Program-made: the position numbers and the translations under genes
The notes under the pieces: generated by a model
Told to the model about the DNA's origin: nothing
The model's database searches: none
Seen by the model: only the letters and a program-made list of their open reading frames with translations
Shown: positions 50,991 to 64,000 of the stretch, piece by piece
Layout of the letters: every line of letters starts with the position of its first letter
Position numbering within the stretch: the first letter of the stretch is position 1
Assembly: GCA_051362555.1 (NCBI GenBank)
Contig: CM120649.1
Location: 8,866,001-8,930,000 of the forward strand
DNA length: 64,000 nucleotides
Reading direction: 5' to 3'
Source: Lingula anatina
Taxonomy: Eukaryota > Animalia > Brachiopoda

Positions 50991-52487
50991 CATTTATTGT
51001 GCATTATACATTTTAATGCTAAATTAAACTTTTTAATTTAGAAAAGAAGGAAAAACAAAACTCATTTGATAACAGAAAATTAAGTTTTTATTGTAAAACT
51101 AAGAGAATGATATATTGAAGTTTTTAAATTGACTGCCACAGAGGTAAAAATACTCTAGTAGTTCTGCACTGTCCTCCCTGAAAAATAAGAAGTTAAAAAC
51201 ATTAAAATATAATTCAGGTAAAATTTATTAGTTATTAAAAGGCAGCAATCCAACAACCACCAGCTCTTGGTGTATTATTCATACACGTCTGAGAAACATT
51301 TAAAAGTGAAGGGAACATTTGAATGTGACGTAAAGGCAAGCAAAGGAAGAGACCAATAGTAGTGAAAGGACATGGGATTTGATATGAGTTGATTAGTTTT
51401 GAGAATTTTCAGTGTGGTTTAAGGAATAAAAGTTGGAGTTCATATGCTATTCTGCAAATTTTTGAAAAGACATTTTAAAGACTGAACTGTCAATTAACAT
51501 GTTTTGAAAGGACCATTTCTCTCCAAGAAAGGAAGGGATGTTGTGTTTTGAATTGACATTTGAATGAACTGTTGTTAACTTGGCAGAGTTACTTGTTCCA
51601 TTGTTGATTCCTTCAATAATTATAAGCTTGTCAAGGAGCCGGATGTATCATTTCTTAGTGTTATGGATTTGAAAAAAGCGCAAGCATTGTAAACTTGTTC
51701 AATTCATTGAGTGATTTGATTCGTGATGTGATTTAATTCAAAAGCATTGATACTGGAGTTTGTTTTTGTGCACATGTAATTCTCTTTTAATTGTACATCT
51801 ATATCTGTGCTGGAGTATACATTTTTTTTTTTTCAGAATTTACATGTATGTACAGTACTGTAGCCAGCATGCAAGTTGAATTGAAACAGTTACTGCATGG
51901 TTATTTATAATTTTGCTATAACTCTCCATTATCTAAAAAACAATGTTTTTTCATTCATTATTCAAGATTTTTTCATTACAAAACTATATTCATTAGTGAT
52001 AATTATTATTAATGATATGTTTGAATAAGTTTAAAAATGACAATTTATAATATTATTTAGGTTGAGGTGTGCAAAAATATTTCCCCCTCAAACCCCTCCC
52101 CCCCTCCCCATGTACATGCATAATTAATTACAATTTTTGCAATTTGTGTTAATTCAGATTCCATGAGCAGCTTTGTGTTGAAAAAAATGTTGTTATAACT
52201 GTTTTCTTTACATGTATGTAAGTGCCATTTCCTCCTGTTAAGGGTCTGTATATTTGCTTTTTTGCAGTGTAGTTTGTTTTTTTTTCAAACATACATTGTT
52301 TTGTACAAAAAGACAAGGAGTGGCCCTTAATTTGTTACATGTTAGTTGCCAGCGAGGTTATATAATGTGTAATAATTTTGTTTAGGGTTTTAGCACAGAA
52401 TAAATACTTGAATCTTGAATCTTGTTTTTCTTTTTTTATAGTAATCTTATTGAATAATTAAAAATAATTAAAAAAAGAAAAAAAAAA

Positions 52488-52838
52488 CAATCTGGACCAT
52501 ATGTGGTCCATATCCGGCCCTAATCTGGCCCACTTCTGGTCCACGTCCGGCATGCCATACATTTGCCAGATATTGCCAGATCTGGGCCAGATCTGGCCAC
52601 ATGAGCAAATGTGAAATAATAAAAAAAACAATCTGGGCCATATGTGGTCCATGTCTGGCCCTAATCTGGCCCATTTGAATATGATCTGGCCCACATCTGG
52701 TCCACATCTGGCATGCCATACCTTTGCCAGATATTGCCAGATCTGGGCCGACATCTGGCCACATGAGCAAATGTGGACTGGGCCAGATGTGGCAATGTCT
52801 GGGCCAGACGTGGGCCAGATCACTGAGGCTGTCTGGGT
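52488..52838. mobile_element. End of a DNA transposon with ATCTGGCCC subterminal repeats (EnSpm/CACTA-like)
   Basis: Many direct and inverted ATCTGGCC(C/A) motifs, a ~140-bp duplicated block and a terminus GCTGTCTGGG. Confidence 0.5.
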
Positions 52839-53869
52839 GCTCTTCTTTGTTATTTTCAATTTCCATATTAACTGACATCTGCAATAAATAAATCAAATCA
52901 TACTTTAACATGTTCCAATAACAGATTTCAGTCGCATCTTTCTTTTGTAGTGATACACTCCATTATATTGGGATTATCAGCAAAAAATTGACGTTGTGTA
53001 ACGGGAAATTCTCCAAAATTTCATTTAGAATAAATTTATCATATAAAAAAACTTGGATACAAACTTTCATGGTCAATTTTGAACAAAAATTTAACTTACC
53101 AGCTACTGTGCAAAATTATATCTTTGCTTTGTATGACCGCAAAAAACTTAGTTCACATTTATTTTTTTGTTAAAAAAGACATCATCTATTGCTTTTTCCT
53201 ATTACAAGCAGGCGTAAAATTAAAAATCGTGTGAAAAAAACTCAGTCGTGGTCAATTTCTACTGTGAATGCCAGCTGCCAGATACACACACCCTGTATGT
53301 CATTTATGACGGTTGCAGTAAAGAATACCATCCTCTATGTAAAGGCGCAACAGACACCGCCTTAAAACAAGATGACATGTATTATACAAAGTGCACAAAA
53401 AGCAGACAACAATAATAATAGTAATTACTCAATATATTTATATTTGTCTTGTTTTTCTTTTAGCATCACATAAATAATATTCCCTTGTTCCACAATGTAT
53501 TTGATACACGTTCCACTTTTTACTGTATTCCGCATTTTAGTCTGTTCTGCTGTTCTGTTGTTCTGGTTTTCTGTCTTTTAGTTTCTGCCATCACTAACAT
53601 GTATTAGCACTACCATCCCGAGTTTCAGTGACGACAGGGAATCCACCTGTCTTCTGTATTACCAGCACTAGTATAGTAGTGTATGCCTCAGCTGTAACCA
53701 ACAACAACACTTTATTTTGTAAGATAATTTTTTTTACACATTCATTCACGTTTTTTTTTTTGTTGAACGAAAGTAATAAATTGTCAATACTCTCACACTG
53801 GAACTTTTTGTGGAAAATTCCTGACCACTGAGTTTTTTATCTCTTCCAGTCCATCATCTGACTTTAGTC

Positions 53870-55220
53870 TACTACACTGTACTAAGAGACATAGGACTGT
53901 ACTGCCACAATGTAATACAATGACTCCAGACTACACTGTACTAGGAGACACAGGACTATACTGACACAATGGAATACAATGACTCCAGACTACACTGTAC
54001 TAGGAGGCACAGGACTATACTGACACAATGAAATACAATGACTCCAAACTACTACACTGTACTAGGAGACACAGGACTATACTGACACAATGGAACACAA
54101 TGACTCCAGACTACTACACTATAGTAGGAGACACAGGACTATACTGCCACAATGGAATACAATGACTCCAGACTACTACACTGTACTAGGAGGCACAGGA
54201 CTATGCTGCCACAATTGAACACAATGAGTCCGGACTACTACACTGTACTAGGACACACAGGACTATACTGACACAATGGAATACAATGACTCCATACTAC
54301 TACACTGTACTAGGAGGCACAGGACTATACTGCCACAATGGAACACAATGACTCATGACTACTTCACTGTACTAGGAGGCACAGGACTATACTGACACAA
54401 TGGAACACAATGACTCATGACTGCTACACTGTACTAGGAGGCACAGGACTATACTGACACAATGGAACACAATGACTCATGACTGCTACACTGTACTAGG
54501 AGGCACAGGACTATACTGCCACAATGGAACACAATGACTCATGACTACTTCACTGTACTAGGAGGCACAGGACTTTACTGCCACAATGGAACACAATGAC
54601 TCATGACTACTTCACTGTACTAGGAGGCACAGGACTATACTGCCACAATGGAACACAATGACTCATGACTACTACACTGTACTAGGAGGCACAGGACTAT
54701 ACTGCCACAATGGAACACAATGACTCATGACTACTTCACTGTACTAGGAGGCACAGGACTTTACTGCCACAATGGAACACAATGACTCCAGACTACTACA
54801 CTGTACTAGGAGACACAGGACTATACTGACACAATGGAATACAATGACTCCAGACTACTACACTGTACTAGGAGGCACAGGACTATACTGACACAATGGA
54901 GCACAATGAGTCATGACTACTTCACTGTACTAGGAGGCACAGGACTACGTATACTGCCACAATGGAACACAATGACTCATGACTACTACACTGTACTAGG
55001 AGGCACAGGACTATACTGACACAATTGAATACAATGACTCCAGACTACTACACTGTACTAGGAGGCACAGGACTATACTGACACAATGGAGCACAATGAG
55101 TCATGACTACTTCACTGTACTAGGAGGCACAGGACTATACTGACACAATGGAACACAATGACTCATGACTACTACACTGTACTAGGAGGCACAGGACTAT
55201 ACTGCCACAATGGAACACAT
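53870..55220. repeat. 62-bp minisatellite, about 22 copies
   Basis: Unit ACTACACTGTACTAGGAGGCACAGGACTATACTG(A/C)CACAATGGAACACAATGACTCATGACT. Period measured from 54671 to 54733. Confidence 0.97.
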
Positions 55221-55579
55221 TGATTAATTTTAAAATGGTCAAGTAACAACATAATATTCATTTATTAAATGCTCTTCCGTAGATCACATTGTATTGTGGA
55301 TCTTTTAATATTTCAGTGAATTTTTGAATCAGTAGTGCTGTAGTGTAAAGCTTAATTTGTACAAATTTCTGAAGCATTAGACCAGATTTGACAAAATTAT
55401 TAATGTATAACTATTTTAAGTCATGCAATTTGCCAGTCTTTGCAATGTAATTTTCAATTTTCTCAGTTATATTGTTCTTTTTAAGAGTAGCCATTCCATG
55501 AAAAAGCAGGCAGTGAAAGACAGCAGCAAGAGCAGCACTGTCTTATCCATGTGTACAATACATGACATGTGGCAAGATG

Positions 55580-56899
55580 AACTCATATCATTGCAGTTTG
55601 TTAGATTCAATCATCCACTATGTTCAGAATCTCAGAATGGAGGGAATTAAACATTAAAGACTGTTCTATTGATATTTTTCCCATCTCATCAATTTTCTTA
55701 GTTGGTCATATAAAAATGGAAGCAAACTGTTTATTTTATGTTAAAAAAGTGTTAAAAATGGAAATAAACCCATTTCAGAACAGTGCTGTCTTGTTTACAT
55801 TTTGGCATTTTGAAGATGTGACTTTGAAGTTCCATGAGCCTGCAGACCTTTGCTAGTCACATTTTCTGAATATCCATGACACTAATATTTTATTAATAAA
55901 AATTGATGGTCATTATGCTGTTAAGCATTATGTAATGTTGCATCAAAATAGAAGAAAACACAATTTTTGGTGCTGCTGCCATGATGACCATTATGGGAAA
56001 ACCGTGTTACTTATGACTGTCAAACCTTTAAAAAAGAAACACTGGACTAAAATGCAGCCTGAGTTGGAAAAGTAGTCTAATTGGCTTCTTTTTCTGGAAG
56101 TTATACATTTGAGTGAAATATTCATTATCTCTTTGGCATATTCATTGTGGGACTCAGAGCTCCCATGGACATGAAGCCAAATGGTAATCAAATTTTCTAC
56201 ATGTCCATGCTATTTATAGTCAATAATCAAAAATTAGTGATAATTATTCTGTAATTTATTGTGTAATGTTACATCAAAATTGACAACAATCTTTTTGCAC
56301 TGCTACTGCAAACATTATGAAAAGAAAACTGTGTAAGTTATTATTATTTTTAACTTACAAGTATGATTTTTAGGATTGGCATGCAGTTCAAATTAGAAAG
56401 CCAGGTCAATTGGATTATCATTTGTTATTGAATTTATGCAATTTTGTGTGAAATTTTCATTTTTCTTATTCTGGCACTTTCTAAGTATAAACTTGAACTC
56501 TGATGGGCCTGAAGCCTTATGCTTTTACTTTTGTCGGTGTTACCTGTTGTGCATAATTAAAATTTGATGTTGACTGTGCAGTTAAACATAATGTATTATT
56601 GCATCAGAATTGGTAGTCTCCTATTTTGTGCATTATTGTTTTGTGCTTTTCTTAAGATGTGACTTATGGGCCTGAAAGACCTTTGAGAGGGTCAGTCTGT
56701 AAATTTCCTGTGGGTATCACTTGGCTAATTTCAGTGTTACAAAGTAATTTGCCTAATTAATCGGCCATTAAATGAGATTACATAAAGCACACTTGTTGAT
56801 ATTTCCCTGTAAACTCCCATAGGTTAAGCTCTCTGCTAGATTAATAATAAGGAAGCAGTGATAATTATGCAGGTGAATTTTGTTTAATATTGCAAATAA

Positions 56900-56980
<81 letters not shown>

Positions 56981-57800
56981 AACTCAAAGATTAAAAGTTT
57001 GAATAGCAGCTTCATTGGAATTATATTTACCTCTGCCAAGAAGGTTATATTTTCACCCCTGTTTGTCATCAATATAACTCAAAAAGTTATGGACCGATTT
57101 TGCTTAAATTTTCAGGAACTGTCAGAAGTGGGCCAAAGAGGACAATGATTAGTTTTTAGTGGTGGTCTGGCTCAATAATCAATCAATAATCAATTATAAT
57201 CAACAATTGCTGCCTTGGCAGAGGTCTGCACTCTCGGAGTGTTTTTCTAGTTTTGTTATGTTTTCCTTTATAATTTTTTCTCAAACACTTGCATTTGTGA
57301 CTTTTAACTCTCATCCGCTTGAGGCTCTGCACATTTTCTGTATTTCCACATAAGCAGTTGTATTGTTTTTTATGTCTTTAAATATTATGTAATACTATTT
57401 TATGCACTGTCATCATTTTTCAAATATTGAGACTTTCCTCATGTGACTTTGGTCTCTCATGGTCCTGAAACTGTAATCTTCTTGAAAGGGTGGATTGAGA
57501 CCATCTTCTGGGTCTTCCGGAAGACAGTCAGGTTATTAAGTTTATATTGACTGGTATCTTTTTTTTCTGTTGGAAGACCATCAAAATGGAGGATGGATAC
57601 TTTGGAATACTGTCAGAAAATATCTCAGGGTCCGCTCCTGTTATTGACCATGTTACCTGTTGTGCATGATTAAAATTCAGTGTTGACTGACAGTGCTATT
57701 ATAAGCATTATTTATTTTTGCATCAAAATTGACAAAATGACCTATTTTGCATCTTTATTTTCTGTTTTTTGTCTGTACATTTGACAGCTTTGCTGCCTTG
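55580..57800 (+). repeat. Local duplication, copy B
   Basis: See 48139-50990. It lacks two of the ~340-bp internal units. Confidence 0.92.
57028..57252 (+). mobile_element. HINE-type element (family of 5018-5246)
   Basis: Same termini as 50239-50424, at the equivalent site in duplication copy B. Confidence 0.75.
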
Positions 57801-60800
57801 TTTCAGTGTAATTTTCAGTTTTCTGAAGTTTATTCTTCTTTCTTTCCAGAGTACCCTTACCATAAAAAAGGAGGCAGTGAAAGACATTTGCTTTTTTCTT
57901 TGATAGTAAATAATACATTGCAATATTGCAATATTTGTTTTGGTCAAACCCACACTTCTGATAATCAATTTCCAATAAACTTGGCACTTAAAAAAACACA
58001 GTCAACTGATCAGCTTATCACAGACTTTTATTGTTGTTAAGCATCATTTGTGCAAATTTCAGAAGTATTGGACAAGATCTGACAAAATTATTTAGTTTAA
58101 CTATTTTGAGCCATGGAATATTCCAGTGTTTTTGCGGTAGTTTTCCGTTTTCCGAAATATATTGCCCCAAAGAACAATTTTCATTTGACACTAACAACTG
58201 ATCAGCTTATCACAGACTTTTATTGTTGTTAAGCATCATTTGTACATATATTAGAAACATTGAATGAGATTTGACAAAATTATTAACGTTTAACTATTTT
58301 AAGTCATGGAATTTGCCAACTTATTTTCAGTGTAATTTTTAGTTTTTTCTAAAATATTGTCCAAAGAAAATACTTTTCGTTAGACACAGTCAACTGATTA
58401 CCTTATCACAGATTTTTATTGTTATTAAGCATCATTTGTGCAAATTTCAGAAACATTGGACAAGACTTGTCAAAATTATTAACATTTAACTATTTTAAGT
58501 CATTGAATTTGCCAGTTTTTTTTTTTTTTCAGTGTAATTTTCAGTTTTCTGAAGTTTATTGTTCTTTCTTTCCAGAGTACCCTTACCATAAAAAAGTAGG
58601 CAGTGAAAGACAGCATCAAGAGAAGAACTATGTTTTATCCATGTGTACAATACATGACATGTGGCAAGATTTAGGACATTGTCAAATATTGTGCTAACAA
58701 CATCCCATTCCAGAAACCCATTGTAAGGAGTAATCTGCATCTGACATTAATAATAAGGAGTCTTGTATGGGTATATATTGTTTTCCAGATAACAGCTGTA
58801 GGTAACTTGCAACCTCCTTCACAAACAAACTCAAATCATCATATTTGCTTTTTTCTTTGATAGTAAATAATACATTGCAATATTCCAATATTTGATTTGG
58901 GCAATTCTCACACTTCTGATTATCAATTTCCAATAAACTTGGCACTTAAGAAAACACAGTCAACTGATTAGCTTATCACAGATTTGTATTGTTGTTAAGC
59001 ATCTTTTGTGCAAATTTCAGAAGTATTGGACAAGATTTGACAAAATTATTAACATTTAACTATTTTGAGCCATGGAATTTGCCAGTGTTTTTGTGATAGT
59101 TTTCTGTTTTCCGAAAATATTGCCCCAAAGAACACTTTTTATTTGACATTGACAACTGATCAGCTTATCACAGACTTTTATTGTTGTTAAGCATCATTTG
59201 TACAGATTTTAGAAACATTGGATGAGATTTGACAAAATTATTCACGTTTAACTATTTTAAGTCATGAAATTTGCCAACTTATATTCAGTGTTAATTTGAG
59301 TTTTCTCTAATATATCGTCCAAAGAAAATACTTTTCGTTAGACACAGTCAACTGATCAGCTTATCACAGACTTTTATTGTTGTTAAGCATCATTTGCGCA
59401 AATTTCAGAAGTATAAGACAAGATTTGTCAAAATTATTAACATTTAACTATTTTAAGTCATGGAATTTGCCTGTGTTTTCAGTGTAATTTTCATTTTTCT
59501 CAATTATATCGTCCATAGAAAATACTTTTCGTTAGACACACAGTCAACTGATCAGATCATCACAGATTTTTATTGTTATTAAGCATCATTTGTGCAAATT
59601 TCAGAAACATTGGACAAGATTTGACAAAATTATTATCATTTAACTATTTTAAGTCATGGTGTTTGCCAGTTTTTTTTTCAGTGTAATTTTCAGTTTTCTG
59701 AAGTTTATTGTTCTTTCTTTCCAGAGTACCCTTACCATAAAAAAGTAGGCAGTGAAAGACAGCATCAAGAGAAGAACTATGTTTTATCCATGTGTACAAT
59801 ACATGACATGTGGCAAGATTTAGGACATTGTCAAATATTGTGCTAACAACATCCCATTCCAGAAACCCATTGTAAGGAGTAATCTGCATCTGACATTAAT
59901 AATAAGGAGTCTTGTATGGGTATATATTGTTTTCCAGATAACAGCTGTAGGTAACTTGCAACCTCCTTCACAAACAAACTCAAATCATCATATTTGCTTT
60001 TTTCTTTGATAGTAAATAATACATTGCAATATTCCAATATTTGATTTGGGCAATTCTCACACTTCTGATTATCAATTTCCAATAAACTTGGCACTTAAGA
60101 AAACACAGTCAACTGATTAGCTTATCACAGATTTTTATTGTTGTTAAGCATCTTTTGTGCAAATTTCAGAAGTATTGGACAAGATTTGACAAAATTAGTA
60201 ACATTTAACTATTTTGAGCCATGGAATTTGCCAGTGTTTTTGTGATAGTTTTCTGTTTTCCGAAATATATTGCCCCAAAGAACACTTTTTATTTGACATT
60301 GACAACTGATCAGCTTATCACAGACTTTTATTGTTGTTAAGCATCATTTGTACAGATTTTAGAAACATTGGATGAGATTTGACAAAATTATTCACATTTA
60401 ACTATTTTAAGTCATGAAATCTGCCAACTTATATTCAGTGTAAATTTGAGTTTTCTCTAATATATCGTCCAAAGAAAATACTTTTCGTTAGACACAGTCA
60501 ACTGATCAGCTTATCACAGATTTTTATTGTTGTTAAGCATCATTTGCGCAAATTTCAGAAGTATAAGACAAGATTTGTCAAAATTATTAACATTTAACTA
60601 TTTTAAGTCATGGAATTTGCCTGTGTTTTCAGTGTAATTTTCATTTTTCTCAATTATATCGTCCATAGAAAATACTTTTCGTTAGACACACAGTCAACTG
60701 ATCAGATCATCACAGATTTTTATTGATGTTAAGCATCATTTGTTAAAATATCAGAAATGTTGGACAAAATTTGACAAAATTATTATCATTTAACTATTTT

Positions 60801-63800
60801 AAGTCATGGTGTTTGCCGGTTTTTTTTCAGTGTAATTTTCAGTTTTCTGAAGTTTATTGTTCTTTCTTTCCAGAGTACCTTAACCATACAAAAGCAGGCA
60901 GTGAAGTTTAAGACAGCATCAAGAGCAGCACTCTGTCTTATCCATGTGTACAATACATGACATGTGGCAAGATTTAGCACATTGTCAAATATTGTGCTAA
61001 CAACAACAACCCATTCCAGAAACCCATTGTGAGGAGTAATCTGCATCTGACATTGATAGTAAGGAGGAGTCTTGTAAGGGTATATATTGTTTTCCAGATG
61101 ACAGCTATAGATAACTTGCAACCTCGTACACAAACAAACTCAAATCATCACATTTGCTGTTTTCTTTGATAGTAAATAATACATTGCAATATTTGTTTTG
61201 GTCAATTCTCACACTTCTGATTATCAATTTCCAATAAACTTGGCGCTTAAAAAAACACAGTCAACTGATTAGCTTATCACAGATTTTTATTGTTGTTAAG
61301 CATCTTTTGTGCAAATTTCAGAAGTATTGGACAAGATTTGACAAAATTATTAATGTTTAACTATTTTGAGCCATGGAATTTGCCAGTGTTTTTGTGGTAG
61401 TTTTCTGTTTTCCGAAATATATTGCCCCAAAGAACACTTTTCATTTGACATTGACAACTGATCAGCTTATCACAGACTTTTATTGTTGTTAAGCATCATT
61501 TGTACAGATTTTAGAATTATTGGATGAGATTTGACAAAATTATTCACGTTTAACTATTTTAAGTCATGGAATTTGCCAACTTATTTTCAGTGTAATTTCG
61601 AGTTTTCTCTAATATATTGACCAAAGAAAATACTTTTCGTTAGACACAGTCAACTGATAAGCTTATGACAGATTTTTATTGTTATTAAGCATCATTTGTG
61701 CAAATTTCAGAAACATTGGACTAGATTTGTCAAAATTATTAACATTAAACTATTTTAAGTCATGGAATTTTTCAGTGTTTTCAGTTTAATTTTCATTTTT
61801 CTCAAATATATTGTCTATAGAAAATACTTTTCATTAGACACACAGTCAACTGATCAGATTATCACAAATTTTTATCGATGTTAAGCATCATTTGTTAAAA
61901 TATCAGAAATATTGGAAAAGATTTGACAAAATTATTTACGTTTAACTATTTTAAGTCATGGGATTTGCCAGTTTTTTTCAGTGTAATTTCAGTTTTCTGA
62001 AGTTTATTGTTCTTTCTTTCTAGAATACCCTTACCATGAAAAAGGAGGCAGTGAAAGACAGCAGCAAGAGCAGAACTATGTCTTATCCATGTGTACAATA
62101 CATGACATGTGGCAAGATTAAGGACATTGTCAAATATTCTGCTAACAACAACCCATTCCAGAAACCCATTGTGAGGAGTAATCTGCATCTGACATTGATA
62201 GTAAGGAGGAGTCTTGTATGGTATATATTGTTTTCCAGATGACAGCTATAGGTAACTTGCAACCTCCTACACAAACAAACTCAAATCATCACATTTGCTT
62301 TTTTGCAATAATATATTGCAATAATACATTGCAATATTGAAATATTTGTTTTGGTCAATTCTCACACTTCTGATTATCAATTTCCGATAAACTTGGCACT
62401 TAAAAAAGACAGTCAACTGATTAGCTTATCACAGATTTTTATTGTTGTTAAGCATCTTTTGTGCAAATTTCAGAAGTATTGGACAAGATTTGACAAAATT
62501 ATTAACGTTTAACTATTTTGAGCCATGGAATATTCCAGTGTGTTTGCGGTAGTTTTCTGTTTTCCGAAATATATTGCCCCAAAGAGCACTTTTCATTTGA
62601 CACTGACAACTGATCAGCTTATCACAGACTTTTATTGTTGTTAAGCATCATTTGTACAGATTTTAGAAACATTGGATGAGATTTGACAAAACTATTAACA
62701 TTTAACTATTTTAAGTCATGGAATTTGCCAACTTATTTTCAGTGTAATTTTTAGTTTTCTCTAATATATTGTCCAAAGAAAATTCTTTTCGTCAAACACA
62801 GTCAACTGATAAGCTTATGACAGATTTTTATTAATGTTAAGCATCATTTGTGCAAATTTCAGAAGTATTGGACAAGATTTGACAAAATTATTAACGTTTA
62901 ACTATTTTGAGCCATGGAATTTGCCAGTGTTTTTATGGTAGTTTTATGTTTTCAGAAAAATATTGCCCCAAAGAACAGTTTTCATTTGACACTGACAACT
63001 GATCAGCTTATCACAGACTTTTATTGTTGTTAAGCATCATTTGTGCAAATTTCAAAAACATTGGATGAGATTTGACAAAATTATTAACAATTAACTATTT
63101 AAAGTCATGGAATTTGCCAGTGTTTTCAGTGTAATTTTTAGTTTTCTTTAATATATTGTCCAAAGAAAATACTTTTCGTTAAACACAGTCAACTGATCAG
63201 CTTATCACAGACTTTTATTGTTGTTAAGGATCATTTGTACAGATTTTAGAAACATTGGATGAGATTTGACAAAATTATTAACGTTTAACTATTTTAAGTC
63301 ATGGAATTTGCCAACTTATTTTCAGTGTAATTTTTAGTTTTCTCTAATATATTGTCCAAAGAAAATACTTTTTTGTTAAACACAGTCAACTGATAAGCTT
63401 ATCACAGATTTTAATTGTTGTTAAGCATCATTTATGTAAATTTCAGAAGTATTGGACAGGATTTGTCAAAATTATTAACATTTAACTATTTTGAGCCATG
63501 GAATTTGCCAGTTTTTTTTTGGTAGTTTTCTGTTTTCAGAAAAATATTGCCCCAAAGAACAGTTTTCATTTGACACTGACAACTGATCAGCTTATCACAG
63601 ACTTTTATTGTTGTTAAGCATCATTTGTGCAAATTTCAAAAACATTGGACAAGATTTGTCAAAATTATTAACATTTAAGTATTTTAAGTCATGGAATTTG
63701 CCATTTTTTTCAGTGTAATTTTTAGTTTTCTTTAATATATCGTCCAAAGAAAATACTTTTCATTAGACACAGTCAACTGATCAACTTATCACAGATTTTT

Positions 63801-63950
63801 ATTGTTGTTAAGCATCTTTTGTGCAAATTTCAGAAATATTGGACAAGATTTGACAAAATTATTAATATTTAAGTATTTTGAGCCATGTGCTTTGCCAGTT
63901 TTTTCAGTGTAATTTTCAGTGTTCTGAAGTTAATTTTTCTTTCTTTCCAG
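57800..63950. repeat. ~192-196-bp satellite with a ~1.15-kb higher-order repeat
   Basis: Monomer CAGTCAACTGATCAGCTTATCACAGACTTTTATTGTTGTTAAGCATCATTTGTGCAAATTTCAG...GTCATGGAATTTGCC. Equivalent positions at 58495, 59644, 60804 and 61946 give periods of 1149, 1160 and 1142. Confidence 0.96.
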
Positions 63951-64000
63951 AAGAAAGCTGTAATTAATGCTTGGTGCTGCCAGTAATTATGCCACGGGGG

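Noticed and set aside
52458-52911. Overlapping 133-147 aa ORFs
   Set aside because: They arise from stop-poor ATCTGGCCC repeats that are open in several frames.
53870-55220. CRISPR-like regular array
   Set aside because: Units are wholly repeated with no unique spacers, there are no cas genes, and the context is eukaryotic.
58010-58030. TATCACAG miR-2-family seed in the satellite monomer
   Set aside because: Only the seed matches; there is no mature miR-2 sequence or precursor hairpin.
58495-62274. Repeated 80-109 aa ORFs (MQITPYNG.., MPSLLEID..)
   Set aside because: They recur only because of the higher-order satellite; frames are not conserved between copies.

Overview
AT-rich eukaryotic (metazoan) genomic DNA. 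The repeat families suggest a marine invertebrate such as a mollusc, but this is inference. No intact host protein-coding gene is evident. The left half (~8.7-28.2 kb) is a dense cluster of decayed, partly nested transposons, nearly all on the minus strand. It contains a spliced pseudogene with a Ulp1/C48-like protease followed by a ParB/Srx-like domain, and Zisupton/KDZ-type exons with a SWIM finger. It also holds a Sola3-like transposase split by a PIF/Harbinger element (both TIRs, TTA TSD, Myb and DDE genes), a YqaJ-PHD gene, a second Sola3-like fragment and LINE remnants. A 1.14-kb non-autonomous LTR element with both LTRs, PBS, PPT and TSD lies at 676-1817. The middle carries MITEs, tRNA-derived pieces and a Penelope-type minimal hammerhead. 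The right end has a local duplication, a 62-bp minisatellite and a ~194-bp satellite organised into ~1.15-kb higher-order repeats. All family calls come from reading motifs by eye; no database searches were run.
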